64,000 nt of DNA, taken from NCBI GenBank assembly GCA_022823465.1, contig JAJEHX010000012.1, positions 29,659 through 93,658 on the forward strand. Direction: 5' to 3'. Shown in pieces: positions 19,098 to 27,897 of the stretch. Within the stretch, counting starts at the first letter, position 1; each line of letters begins with the position of its first letter. The notes beneath the pieces are model-generated. The model was not told where the DNA came from, did not search any database, and saw only the letters and a list, made by a program, of their open reading frames with translations. This DNA comes from Candidatus Latescibacterota bacterium (GTDB lineage: Bacteria; JAAXHH01). The position numbers were made by a program, and so were the translations under genes.

Positions 19098-19289
19098 ATG
19101 GATTTGACTTTTCCGTTGTGTCAGAAATGCGAGGAGGGCGTGTTGATTCCGCTCTCCGACTATGGCCGGGACGGCGCGACGATCGAGTACAAGGCCTGGG
19201 CGTGTACCAATCCGGAATGTGGTTTCAACATTCGCATCGACAACGGCGATATCAGTTACGGAAGACCCATGGCGCAGTCTCATAAGTGA
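19098..19289 (+). CDS. Small putative zinc-ribbon protein (63 aa)
   Basis: CQKC and CTNPEC motifs; GGGAG RBS; ends 15 bp before tsaD. Confidence 0.8.
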   Translation: MDLTFPLCQKCEEGVLIPLSDYGRDGATIEYKAWACTNPECGFNIRIDNGDISYGRPMAQSHK

Positions 19290-19304
19290 GCAGATGGGGG
19301 TGCC

Positions 19305-20342
19305 GTGCTCATCCTCGGAATCGATACTTCCTGTGACGAAACCGCGGCCGCCGTCGTGCGCGACGAGACGACCGTCCAGTCCAACGTCATTTCCTCGCAG
19401 GGCATACACCAGGAGTATGGAGGCGTCGTACCGGAACTGGCCTCCCGGGCGCATCTGACCCTGCTTCTGCCCGCCATCGAATCCGCCCTGCAACAGGCTT
19501 CCTGCGAACCGGACGACCTGGATGCCCTTGCCGTGACCTATGGCCCCGGACTCTCGGGATGCCTGCTGATCGGACTTTCCACGGTCAAATCCATCGCGCT
19601 GGCGCTCGACAAGCCGCTGGTAGGCGTGAACCACATCGAAGGCCATGTGTTCGCCGGACGCCTGGCGGGCACCCGCCTCGACCCGCCTTTCATCGCGCTC
19701 GTCGTTTCCGGGGGCCACACCCAGCTTGTGCACGTCGAGGACTGGGGCCGGTACCGCATCCTGGGCAATACCCGCGATGACGCGGCCGGCGAGGCCTTCG
19801 ACAAGGTTGCCAGGTTGATGAGGATCGGGTATCCAGGCGGCCCGGTCATCGACCGGCTGTCGCGGAACGGCGATCCGGAGTTCCTGGACTTTCCCCGGAC
19901 GTACCTTGACCCGCAGGGTTTCGAGTTCAGCTTCAGCGGCCTCAAGAACGCGGTGCGTATGTACCTGTCGAAGCGATCCGAAGACGAAATAGACCGCGAC
20001 CAGGCCCATATCGCCGCCGCCTTCCAGGAAGCCGTCGTAGACGTCCTGGTAGACAAGTCCACCGCCGCGGCGTTGGCCGCGGGCGCAGATACCATATTGA
20101 TCACGGGCGGGGTGGCCTGCAACAGCCGCCTGCGCGAGCGGATGACCGTAAAGGGCGCAGAGCGGGGCATCGACGTGGTCTATCCCCCGCCCATCCTGTG
20201 TACGGACAACGGCGCCATGATCGCGGCGGCCGGCGCCTATCGTTTCAGGATGGGGCAACGGGACGGCCTGTCGCTTTCCGTCCATCCCCGCGCGCGCCTG
20301 TGCGGCTCGAACGGCTCAAACGGCTCGAAGGGGGCCGACTGA
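19305..20342 (+). CDS. tsaD: tRNA N6-adenosine threonylcarbamoyltransferase
   Basis: GIDTSCDET, GGVVPELASRAH, HIEGH, VSGGHT, DDAAGEAFDK, FSFSGLK, CTDNGAMIA. Confidence 0.97.
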   Translation: MLILGIDTSCDETAAAVVRDETTVQSNVISSQGIHQEYGGVVPELASRAHLTLLLPAIESALQQASCEPDDLDALAVTYGPGLSGCLLIGLSTVKSIALALDKPLVGVNHIEGHVFAGRLAGTRLDPPFIALVVSGGHTQLVHVEDWGRYRILGNTRDDAAGEAFDKVARLMRIGYPGGPVIDRLSRNGDPEFLDFPRTYLDPQGFEFSFSGLKNAVRMYLSKRSEDEIDRDQAHIAAAFQEAVVDVLVDKSTAAALAAGADTILITGGVACNSRLRERMTVKGAERGIDVVYPPPILCTDNGAMIAAAGAYRFRMGQRDGLSLSVHPRARLCGSNGSNGSKGAD

Positions 20343-20388
20343 CCGGGAGTTTACGATTCCGGTCGAATCGGAAGACATTTCGGAGACC

Positions 20389-21714
20389 GTGATACCTGCC
20401 ATGAACCGGTTAGCGTCCTATTTCAGATTTGACGAATTGAACACGAACTGGCGCGCCGAAGCGACCGGCGGTTTGACCACGTTCATGACGATGGCCTACA
20501 TCGTTGTGGTGAACCCGGGCATACTCTCGGAAGCGATGGGCGAAGCGCTTTTCGGGGAACTGCTTTTTGTGACGTGCGTATCCGCGGCGGCCGGCACGTT
20601 GTTGATGGCGCTTCTGGCGAACTATCCCTTTGCCCTGGCGCCCGGCATGGGCCTCAACGCCTTTTTTACCTATACGATTGTGCTCGGGATGGGCGTGGAC
20701 TGGCGTGTTGCCCTCGCCGTGGTGCTGGCCTCGGGGCTCCTGTTCCTTTTGCTCACGGTGCTGCGGGTGCGGGAGGCGATCATTACGGCGGTTCCGGGAC
20801 CGCTGAAACGCGCGACGGCTGCAGGTATCGGGCTCTTCATCGCTTTTGTCGGACTAAGGAACGCGGGCATCATCGTGGACAATCCGGCCACGCTGGTCGG
20901 CCTGGGCGACGTACGCTCCTGGACGGCGGCGCTTACGCTGGCCGGACTGCTGGGCACCGCCGTGATGCTTGCGCGGGGAATCCGCGGGGCGATCCTGCTG
21001 GGCGTCGCCGGCGTCGCGCTGCTCGCCATGATTGTCGGAGTGGCGCCGTGGCCGTCCGGTGTGGTCAGCTTACCCGTCTGGCCCGCAAGCCTCTTCGGCG
21101 AAGCCGTGGTCAACCTGCCTTTGATGCTGGAATCGGCCATGCTGCATCTCGTGTTCGCCTTTCTGTTTGTAGACCTCTTCGATACCATGGGCACGCTGGT
21201 CGGGCTGTCGGAACGTTCGGGATACCTGGACGCCCAGGGCCGGCTGCCCCGGGCCAACCGCGCCCTGCTTGCGGATTCCTTCGGGACGGTTTTCGGCAGT
21301 GTTTGGGGCTCGTCGACCGTGACGACCTATATCGAAAGCGCGACGGGGATATCGTCGGGCGCGCGATCGGGATTCGCCGGCCTGGTTGTCGCCGTCCTGT
21401 TCCTCGGCGCCCTGTTTCTGACGCCCCTGGTGGAGTCGATTCCGGTCTTTGCCACCGCGCCCGCCCTGGTCGTCACGGGTGTGCTTATGATGGCCTCGGC
21501 CGCGCAGGTCAAGTGGAGCGACGCCTCGGAGGCGGTCCCCGTCTTCCTGACGCTGGTCGCGATTCCGTTGACTTTCAGCATTGCCGACGGCCTGGCCGTC
21601 GGATTCGTCGCCTATCCGGTCATAAAGCGACTGAGCGGCAGGGGAGGCGAAGTGCATCCGCTCGTCGACGTGCTGGCCCTTGTCTTTATCGCACGGTACG
21701 TATTCTTGACGTGA
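20389..21714 (+). CDS. NCS2 family (AzgA/PbuG-like) purine permease
   Basis: TTFMTMAYI, APGMGLNAFF, DLFDTMGT, TYIESATG; many TM helices. Confidence 0.93.
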   Translation: MIPAMNRLASYFRFDELNTNWRAEATGGLTTFMTMAYIVVVNPGILSEAMGEALFGELLFVTCVSAAAGTLLMALLANYPFALAPGMGLNAFFTYTIVLGMGVDWRVALAVVLASGLLFLLLTVLRVREAIITAVPGPLKRATAAGIGLFIAFVGLRNAGIIVDNPATLVGLGDVRSWTAALTLAGLLGTAVMLARGIRGAILLGVAGVALLAMIVGVAPWPSGVVSLPVWPASLFGEAVVNLPLMLESAMLHLVFAFLFVDLFDTMGTLVGLSERSGYLDAQGRLPRANRALLADSFGTVFGSVWGSSTVTTYIESATGISSGARSGFAGLVVAVLFLGALFLTPLVESIPVFATAPALVVTGVLMMASAAQVKWSDASEAVPVFLTLVAIPLTFSIADGLAVGFVAYPVIKRLSGRGGEVHPLVDVLALVFIARYVFLT

Positions 21715-21779
21715 GTGCTCGACTACAGGCCCGTATCACCGGCCTCCAATCGCCACCAGATATCGCAGGGAGGATCATC

Positions 21780-24614
21780 ATGCGAATCACCAGTGTTGTT
21801 TTGCTTCTACTGTTCAGCGTATGGCCCGTGGCGGCCCAGGAAACCGGCGGCCTGTCGGGCAAGGTGGCAGCCGAAGACGGGACGGCGTTACTCGGCGCCA
21901 ACATCGTCGTCAGGGGGACCGCTACCGAAGCACTGCGGGGAACGACGACCGACGGAGATGGGGCGTACCGTATCGATGGCCTGCCGCCGGGCGACTACGA
22001 GGTCACAGCGTCCTATCTCGGCTACGAATCGGTCACCATGGCCGGCGTGGCAGTCCGAGCCGGTGAAACCACGAGGCTGGACGTCGGCCTTGCGGCTACG
22101 ACGCTGATCGGCCAGCAGGTCGTGGTTTCCGCGTCGCGCAAACAGGAGAAGCTGCTCGACGCGCCGGCTTCCATATCCGTGGTCGAACTGGACGAGATCA
22201 TGAACCGGCCGGCCCTGTCGGCAACCGACTATATAAAGGACCTGGCCGGCGTGGACCAGGCCAAGGTGGGCGTTTCTCAGAGCTCCACCGTGATCCGGGG
22301 ATTCAACCGCACGTTTACCGGATCCCTCCTGCAGATGGTGGACAACCGGATCGCGCGCATCGCCTCGCTCCGGCTCAACATGGGCAGTTCCATTCCCCTT
22401 ACGAGCGAGGACATACAGCGCATCGAGGTCGTCCGCGGGCCGGGTTCCGCCCTTTACGGCCCTAACAGCGCCAATGGGGTCATGCACATCGTGACCCGTT
22501 CACCCATCGGTTCGGAGGGCAACGCGTTTTCCCTGTACGGCGGCGAGCGCAGTATGCGCAAAGCGACCTTTCGGCACGCCAGCAGCGTCGATGGTAAAAT
22601 AGGATTCAAGGTTTCGGGCGAGTACTCGAAAGCCCGAGAATGGGAATACGAAGACCCCGCGGAGGTCATTCCACGGGACAACGACAACGAACGCCTGCTC
22701 GGGGAGATCCGGATTGACCTTCGTCCGACCGACGACCTGTCCATCATCGGATCGGCCGGATATTCCCGGATCAAAGCCATCCAGATGACCGGGCAGGGCG
22801 CGGCCCAGGCCGTCGACTGGTCTACCCGGTTCTTTCAGGCCCGCTCGCAGTACAAGGGGTGGTTCGCGCAGATCTTTCTCAACATGAACGACGCGGGCGA
22901 TACCAAGCTCCTCCGGACCACCCAGCCGATCGTGGATACCTCGAGATTGACCGTGATGCAGCTTCAGCACAATTTCGGGCTGGGCGACCGGCAGCAGTTC
23001 ACCTATGGAGCGGACGTGTTGCTGACCCGGCCCAACACCGGGAATACGACCCACGGCCAATTCGAAGACAACGACAATCTGGACGAATACGGGTTGTACC
23101 TGCAAAGCGAGACTAACCTGAACGACCAGGTCAGCCTGATGCTGGCCGGCCGGCTGGACAATCACAGCAAGATCGAAGACCCGGTATTCTCGCCCCGGGC
23201 GGCCCTGGTAATCAAGCCCTCGACGGAGAGTACGCTCAGGCTGACGTACAACCGGGCGTTTGGCACGCCCAGTTCGGTGCATTACTTTCTCGATCTGATA
23301 GCGGGTTCCGACCCCTTCGGTCTGGGCATGAATTTCGCCCCGTTGGGTTTGGGACCGGACCGCACCATCGATCTGCGCACGCAGGGCGTCAACTCGCAGT
23401 TCACGTTCCGGCGGGGAGACAACGGCCTGCCCATGTACCGTTCGCCTTTTGCCCCGGTGGCGGGACTGCCCGCGGACACGTACCTCCCCATGAACGACCC
23501 GGCGAGCACCAATCTCCTCTGGGGCGTGGCCCGCGGGGCCGTGCTGGCTCAGCTTACGCCACAACTCCAGGCGCTGGCGACCCCCCTCATCACGCAACTG
23601 TTGATCGCGCGTGGCCTCCCGGCCGAAACGGCCGCGCAATTGGCGGGTCAGCAGGCGACCCAACTGGCCGCCGCGTTCCCGGGCGTCATTCCGTCCGCGC
23701 TGCCGGGACTCACGAATTCCCTGGGCGTACTCGACACGGGTACGGGTACGTTCAACCCGGTCGCTCCGTCCTCGGTCAGGGACGTGGACCCGATGAGACC
23801 GTCCATCACCGAGACGTTCGAAGTGGGTTACAAGGGTGTCGTCGGCAACAGGCTGGTGCTGACCGCGGACTTCTATCGCAACAAGATCCACGACTTCATC
23901 AGTTCCATACACATCGTGACCCCCAACGTGTTCCTCGATCCCGGTCCGCTGGCCACGGCCCTGGGAGCCGGCATCGCGCAGCAGCTGGCCGACCCGGCGA
24001 ACGCGCAACTTGCCCAGGTCGCCGCGGCGCTCGACGATCCCGCACTGGGCCTGGGCGGCAACGGGAATGGATCGCCAGTGGACGAACTGGCGGGGATCTT
24101 CGTGAGCACGGCGGCCATGATACCCTTCGGCACGGTGACTCCGGAGGAGGCCTCGGACCCCAATGCCGTGATGCTGACCTACCGCAACTTCGGAGAAGTT
24201 TCGTACTACGGAGCGGACATCGGATTCTCGTTCTATCCCAGTGACGTGTGGAACCTGTCGGGAAGTTACTCCTATATCAACACGAACCTCTTCGAGAACG
24301 TGGACGGCATCGACGACATACCTTTGAACGCGCCGCGTCACAAGTTGTCCCTGGCGTTGGGCCTGAAGCCGCCCGGCACGCCGCTCAATCTCGGCGCGCG
24401 CATGCGTTACCGCGGCGATTTTGAAATGGCCGACGGCGTCTACGTCGGTGACGTGGAATCCCATGCCGTCGTGGACGTGAGCGCTTCCTATGAATTTTCG
24501 AAGGTCACGTTGAGCGTGGAGGCCAGCAATCTGCTCAACAAGGAGTACCAGGCCTTCGTCGGGGCGCCGATGATCGGGCGCCTGGTCATGGCGGGTCTGG
24601 CGGTGCGTTTCTGA
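21780..24614 (+). CDS. TonB-dependent receptor 1 (N-terminal carboxypeptidase-regulatory-like domain)
   Basis: GGAGG RBS then signal peptide; VVVSASRK, IEVVRGPGSALYG, C-terminal LAVRF. The ORF-track extension to 20574 is a shadow over the permease. Confidence 0.93.
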   Translation: MRITSVVLLLLFSVWPVAAQETGGLSGKVAAEDGTALLGANIVVRGTATEALRGTTTDGDGAYRIDGLPPGDYEVTASYLGYESVTMAGVAVRAGETTRLDVGLAATTLIGQQVVVSASRKQEKLLDAPASISVVELDEIMNRPALSATDYIKDLAGVDQAKVGVSQSSTVIRGFNRTFTGSLLQMVDNRIARIASLRLNMGSSIPLTSEDIQRIEVVRGPGSALYGPNSANGVMHIVTRSPIGSEGNAFSLYGGERSMRKATFRHASSVDGKIGFKVSGEYSKAREWEYEDPAEVIPRDNDNERLLGEIRIDLRPTDDLSIIGSAGYSRIKAIQMTGQGAAQAVDWSTRFFQARSQYKGWFAQIFLNMNDAGDTKLLRTTQPIVDTSRLTVMQLQHNFGLGDRQQFTYGADVLLTRPNTGNTTHGQFEDNDNLDEYGLYLQSETNLNDQVSLMLAGRLDNHSKIEDPVFSPRAALVIKPSTESTLRLTYNRAFGTPSSVHYFLDLIAGSDPFGLGMNFAPLGLGPDRTIDLRTQGVNSQFTFRRGDNGLPMYRSPFAPVAGLPADTYLPMNDPASTNLLWGVARGAVLAQLTPQLQALATPLITQLLIARGLPAETAAQLAGQQATQLAAAFPGVIPSALPGLTNSLGVLDTGTGTFNPVAPSSVRDVDPMRPSITETFEVGYKGVVGNRLVLTADFYRNKIHDFISSIHIVTPNVFLDPGPLATALGAGIAQQLADPANAQLAQVAAALDDPALGLGGNGNGSPVDELAGIFVSTAAMIPFGTVTPEEASDPNAVMLTYRNFGEVSYYGADIGFSFYPSDVWNLSGSYSYINTNLFENVDGIDDIPLNAPRHKLSLALGLKPPGTPLNLGARMRYRGDFEMADGVYVGDVESHAVVDVSASYEFSKVTLSVEASNLLNKEYQAFVGAPMIGRLVMAGLAVRF

Positions 24615-24783
24615 GGGACTGGCCGGTTAAAACCGCTTGACAAATCGGCATATGTTCATATTCTATAAGTAATTATGTAACATGAACTCATCGATCGCGC
24701 CGACGCGAAATCCAGATCGAAATCGTGTCGGCGCCGGATCCCTGCTTTCTCACGACGCATGCATATGGGAAGGAACCGTCCAG

Positions 24784-27558
24784 ATGCGACTGGCAGGCGT
24801 TCTTCTGGCCATGATCATGACGGTTATGCCGACAGCGGCCCAGGAGACGGGCAGCCTGGCCGGCCGGGTTGCATCGGATAGGGGAGAAGCCCTCCTCGGA
24901 GCCAACATCGCGGTCAAAGGCCCCGCGATCGCAGTGTTGCGGGGCACGACGAGCGATGACCGGGGAATGTACCGTGTAGACGGCCTTCCCGCCGGCGAGT
25001 ACGAAGTCACCGCTTCCTTCCTGGGATACGAGGCGGCGAGCGCCACCCGTGTCGTCATCAGGGAAGGCGAGCGCACGGTAAGGGATTTCAGCCTTGCCTC
25101 CACGGCGCTCGTGGGCCAGCAGGTCGTGGTATCCGCTTCCCGGAAGCAGGAGAAGGCGCTGGACGCCCCGGCATCCGTCGAAGTGGTCGAGATGAAGGAT
25201 ATCCGGGATTCCCAGGCGCTGTCCGTCAACGAGCACATCAAGAACCTCAGCGGCGTGGACCACGCGAAGACGGGCATCGTACAGGCCAGCACGGTGATCC
25301 GCGGCTTCAACAAAGCGCTCTCGGGTCTCCTGCTTACGATGGTGGACAACCGGATCGCGCGGATCCCTTCGCTGCGCATCAATTCCTTCCACGTCATTCC
25401 CATCACCAGCGAGGATATCGAACGCATCGAGATCGTCCGCGGTCCCGGTTCGGCGCTCTACGGCCCCAACAGCTCCAATGGCGTGATGCACATCATCTCC
25501 CGGTCCCCCTTCGGATCGGAAGGTAACTTCGTGTCTCTCTCCGGGGGGGAACGCAGCCTCAGGAAGGCGTCCTTCCGGCATGCCAGCAGCGTAAACGACA
25601 TGATCGGACTCAAGGTTTCGGGGAAGTACCTGAAGGCCCGGGACTGGGAATACGACGACCCAAACGAAATCGTGCCGCGCAATCTCGACGTCGAGGGCCA
25701 GTACGGGGAAATCAGGGTCGACGTCCGTCCTTCGGAAGATCTGACCTTCATCACCTCGGCGGGGTATTCCAAGAGCTCCAGCATCCAGATGACGGGCCAG
25801 GGATCGGCCCAGGGCAAAGACTGGGTGTATGGTTACCTCCAGGGCCGGATGTTGTACAAGGGCTGGTTCGGCCAGTTCTTCTACAACAAGAGCGACGCGG
25901 GGGAAACCCAGTTGCTTCGCACAGGCGACGGCGTGGTGGACAAGTCGTCGTTGACTGTGATGCAGTTGCAGAACACCTCGGACGTCGGACTGCGCCAGCA
26001 GTTCATTTACGGCGTGGACCTGTTTCTGACCCGTCCGCGCACGGAAGGAACCATCCACGGCAGCTACGAAGACGATGACGACACCAACGAATACGGGGTA
26101 TACCTCCAGAGCGAGACCCGGTTCACCGACCAGGTGAGCCTGATGCTCGCCGGCCGGCTGGACCGGCACAGCAGGTTGGATAACCCCGTATTCTCGCCGC
26201 GTGCGGCGGTGGTTATGAAGCCCAATCCGGAAAATACGTTCAGGGTCACCTACAACAGGGCGTTCAACACGCCCACGGTTACCACCATGTCGCTGGATCT
26301 CAGGGCGGTTAACGACGCATTCGGATTCGGCGACCTTTTCGGAGGACTGGGCCTGGGACCGGACAACACGATCGATATCCGGTCGTACGGCGCGCGCAAT
26401 CCTTTCACCTTTCGGCGCGACGAGACCGGCCGGCCCATGTACCGATCGCCCTTCGCCACCGTGGCCGGGCTTTCCAGGGACACCTACCTTCGTCTCGACG
26501 ATCCGGTGGCCAACAATATGCTGTGGGGGGCCGCGAGGGAACTCGTGGTCGCGGAGTTGATCAAACAACTGGGCGACGACAGCGGCGGCCTCGTCACCCC
26601 TGAACTGGCGGCCCAGTTCACCGGCGTGATACCCGAACATCTCGAAGGCCTGACGAACAACCTGCAGCTGCTCAACCCGGAAACGCAGGGTTTCGATCCG
26701 TACGACGTCTCGGCGGTCCAGGACATCGACAAGATACGGCCGACCATCACGCAGACCCTCGAGTTCGGATACAAGGGTGTCGTCCGGAACAATCTGGTCC
26801 TCGCGGCCGACTTCTACCGTACGCAGATGAACGACTACACCCTGCCGCTCTGGATCGTCACGCCCTCGGTGTTTATCGACGAAGGTTCCCTCCGAAGCGC
26901 CTTGAGCCAGGGCATCGCCGACTACCTGGCGGACCCTGAGAACATGCAACTGGCCGCCCTCATCGGGTTGCTCGATACGCCGCTTTTTGGCGGCAACGAG
27001 AATGGCGACCACACGGACGAGGTCGACGGGTACATTGCCGATATCGCGGAAGGCGCGGCGATGATTCCCTTCGGTACCGTTACGCCCGAGCAGGCGTCCG
27101 ACCCGACGGCGGTGGCCCTGACCTATAGGAATTTCGGCGACGTCACGGTTTACGGCGCCGATCTTGGATTTTCTTATTTTCCCTCCCGGTCCTGGCATCT
27201 CACGGGCAGTTATTCGTATATACACCGGAACTTGTTCGAGAACGTGGAGAACCTCGGCGACGTCCCGTTGAACTCCCCGAAGCACAAATTCAGCGGAGGC
27301 GTTACGTTCCGCCCCTCCGGGATGCCCCTGACCCTGGGCGGCAAGGTCAGTCACCGCGGCGCCTTCCCGATGCTGGACGGCGTGTACGCGGGCCCCGTTG
27401 ACTCCTACACCCTGTTGGACGTCAACGCCGCCTACGAGTTTTCCGCGATCACCTTCAGCGTGGAAGCCAGCAACCTGCTGAACACGAAATACCGGGCCTT
27501 CGTCGGCGCACCGGAAATCGGCCGTCTGCTTTCGGCAGGCGTGGCCGTCCGGTTCTGA
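24784..27558 (+). CDS. TonB-dependent receptor 2, tandem paralog of receptor 1
   Basis: Same architecture; VVVSASRKQEK, IEIVRGPGSALYG, C-terminal VAVRF. Confidence 0.93.
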   Translation: MRLAGVLLAMIMTVMPTAAQETGSLAGRVASDRGEALLGANIAVKGPAIAVLRGTTSDDRGMYRVDGLPAGEYEVTASFLGYEAASATRVVIREGERTVRDFSLASTALVGQQVVVSASRKQEKALDAPASVEVVEMKDIRDSQALSVNEHIKNLSGVDHAKTGIVQASTVIRGFNKALSGLLLTMVDNRIARIPSLRINSFHVIPITSEDIERIEIVRGPGSALYGPNSSNGVMHIISRSPFGSEGNFVSLSGGERSLRKASFRHASSVNDMIGLKVSGKYLKARDWEYDDPNEIVPRNLDVEGQYGEIRVDVRPSEDLTFITSAGYSKSSSIQMTGQGSAQGKDWVYGYLQGRMLYKGWFGQFFYNKSDAGETQLLRTGDGVVDKSSLTVMQLQNTSDVGLRQQFIYGVDLFLTRPRTEGTIHGSYEDDDDTNEYGVYLQSETRFTDQVSLMLAGRLDRHSRLDNPVFSPRAAVVMKPNPENTFRVTYNRAFNTPTVTTMSLDLRAVNDAFGFGDLFGGLGLGPDNTIDIRSYGARNPFTFRRDETGRPMYRSPFATVAGLSRDTYLRLDDPVANNMLWGAARELVVAELIKQLGDDSGGLVTPELAAQFTGVIPEHLEGLTNNLQLLNPETQGFDPYDVSAVQDIDKIRPTITQTLEFGYKGVVRNNLVLAADFYRTQMNDYTLPLWIVTPSVFIDEGSLRSALSQGIADYLADPENMQLAALIGLLDTPLFGGNENGDHTDEVDGYIADIAEGAAMIPFGTVTPEQASDPTAVALTYRNFGDVTVYGADLGFSYFPSRSWHLTGSYSYIHRNLFENVENLGDVPLNSPKHKFSGGVTFRPSGMPLTLGGKVSHRGAFPMLDGVYAGPVDSYTLLDVNAAYEFSAITFSVEASNLLNTKYRAFVGAPEIGRLLSAGVAVRF

Positions 27559-27613
27559 CGAACCGGCCCGGAACGTTTCCTCCAAACAGCGTAGCGCATT
27601 GGCGGACAGACAG

Positions 27614-27644
27614 AACGGCGGGCCTGCCCCGGGCCCGTTTTTTT
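27614..27644 (+). terminator. Intrinsic terminator
   Basis: CGGGCCTG/CGGGCCCG stem followed by T7. Confidence 0.7.
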
Positions 27645-27843
27645 CATTTACCCGGTTTCCGGGAATAGAAACCCACCCTCGATGGTCTAACGGGATACCG
27701 TCGTCTTCCAGCCCCGGGTTATACGTCGCGATCTTCATTATATCGAAACCAAGTCGGCGGATTTTCGTGCAATCCAGTATAGACGTGCGCCGGATGCCCA
27801 TCATTCAGTCCTCGGCATGGGTACGCGAATGGTCCAAATTGGC

Positions 27844-27872
27844 TTGACACGGGGAGCGTCGGGCGGTAAGAT
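27844..27872 (+). promoter_or_regulatory. Sigma70-type promoter
   Basis: TTGACA-17 bp-TAAGAT. Confidence 0.65.
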
Positions 27873-27897
27873 GGATCCATCTTCAAGGAGACTCCAG

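Noticed and set aside
20343-20400. Purine riboswitch before the NCS2 permease
   Set aside because: The spacer is too short and lacks the consensus aptamer.
20574-21779. 1346-aa ORF suggesting a giant receptor N-terminal extension
   Set aside because: The extension is an Arg/Gly-rich shadow frame over the NCS2 permease; the RBS and signal peptide mark the real start at 21780.
24688-27804. Long antisense ORFs (1038 aa here, also 9001-11175, 22500-24464, 59011-61311)
   Set aside because: They mirror well-supported genes, which is expected from high GC3 codon bias, and carry no motifs.
27645-27840. Possible ncRNA between receptor 2 and the Omp85 gene
   Set aside because: Only short hairpins expected in GC-rich DNA; no recognisable family, promoter or terminator pair.
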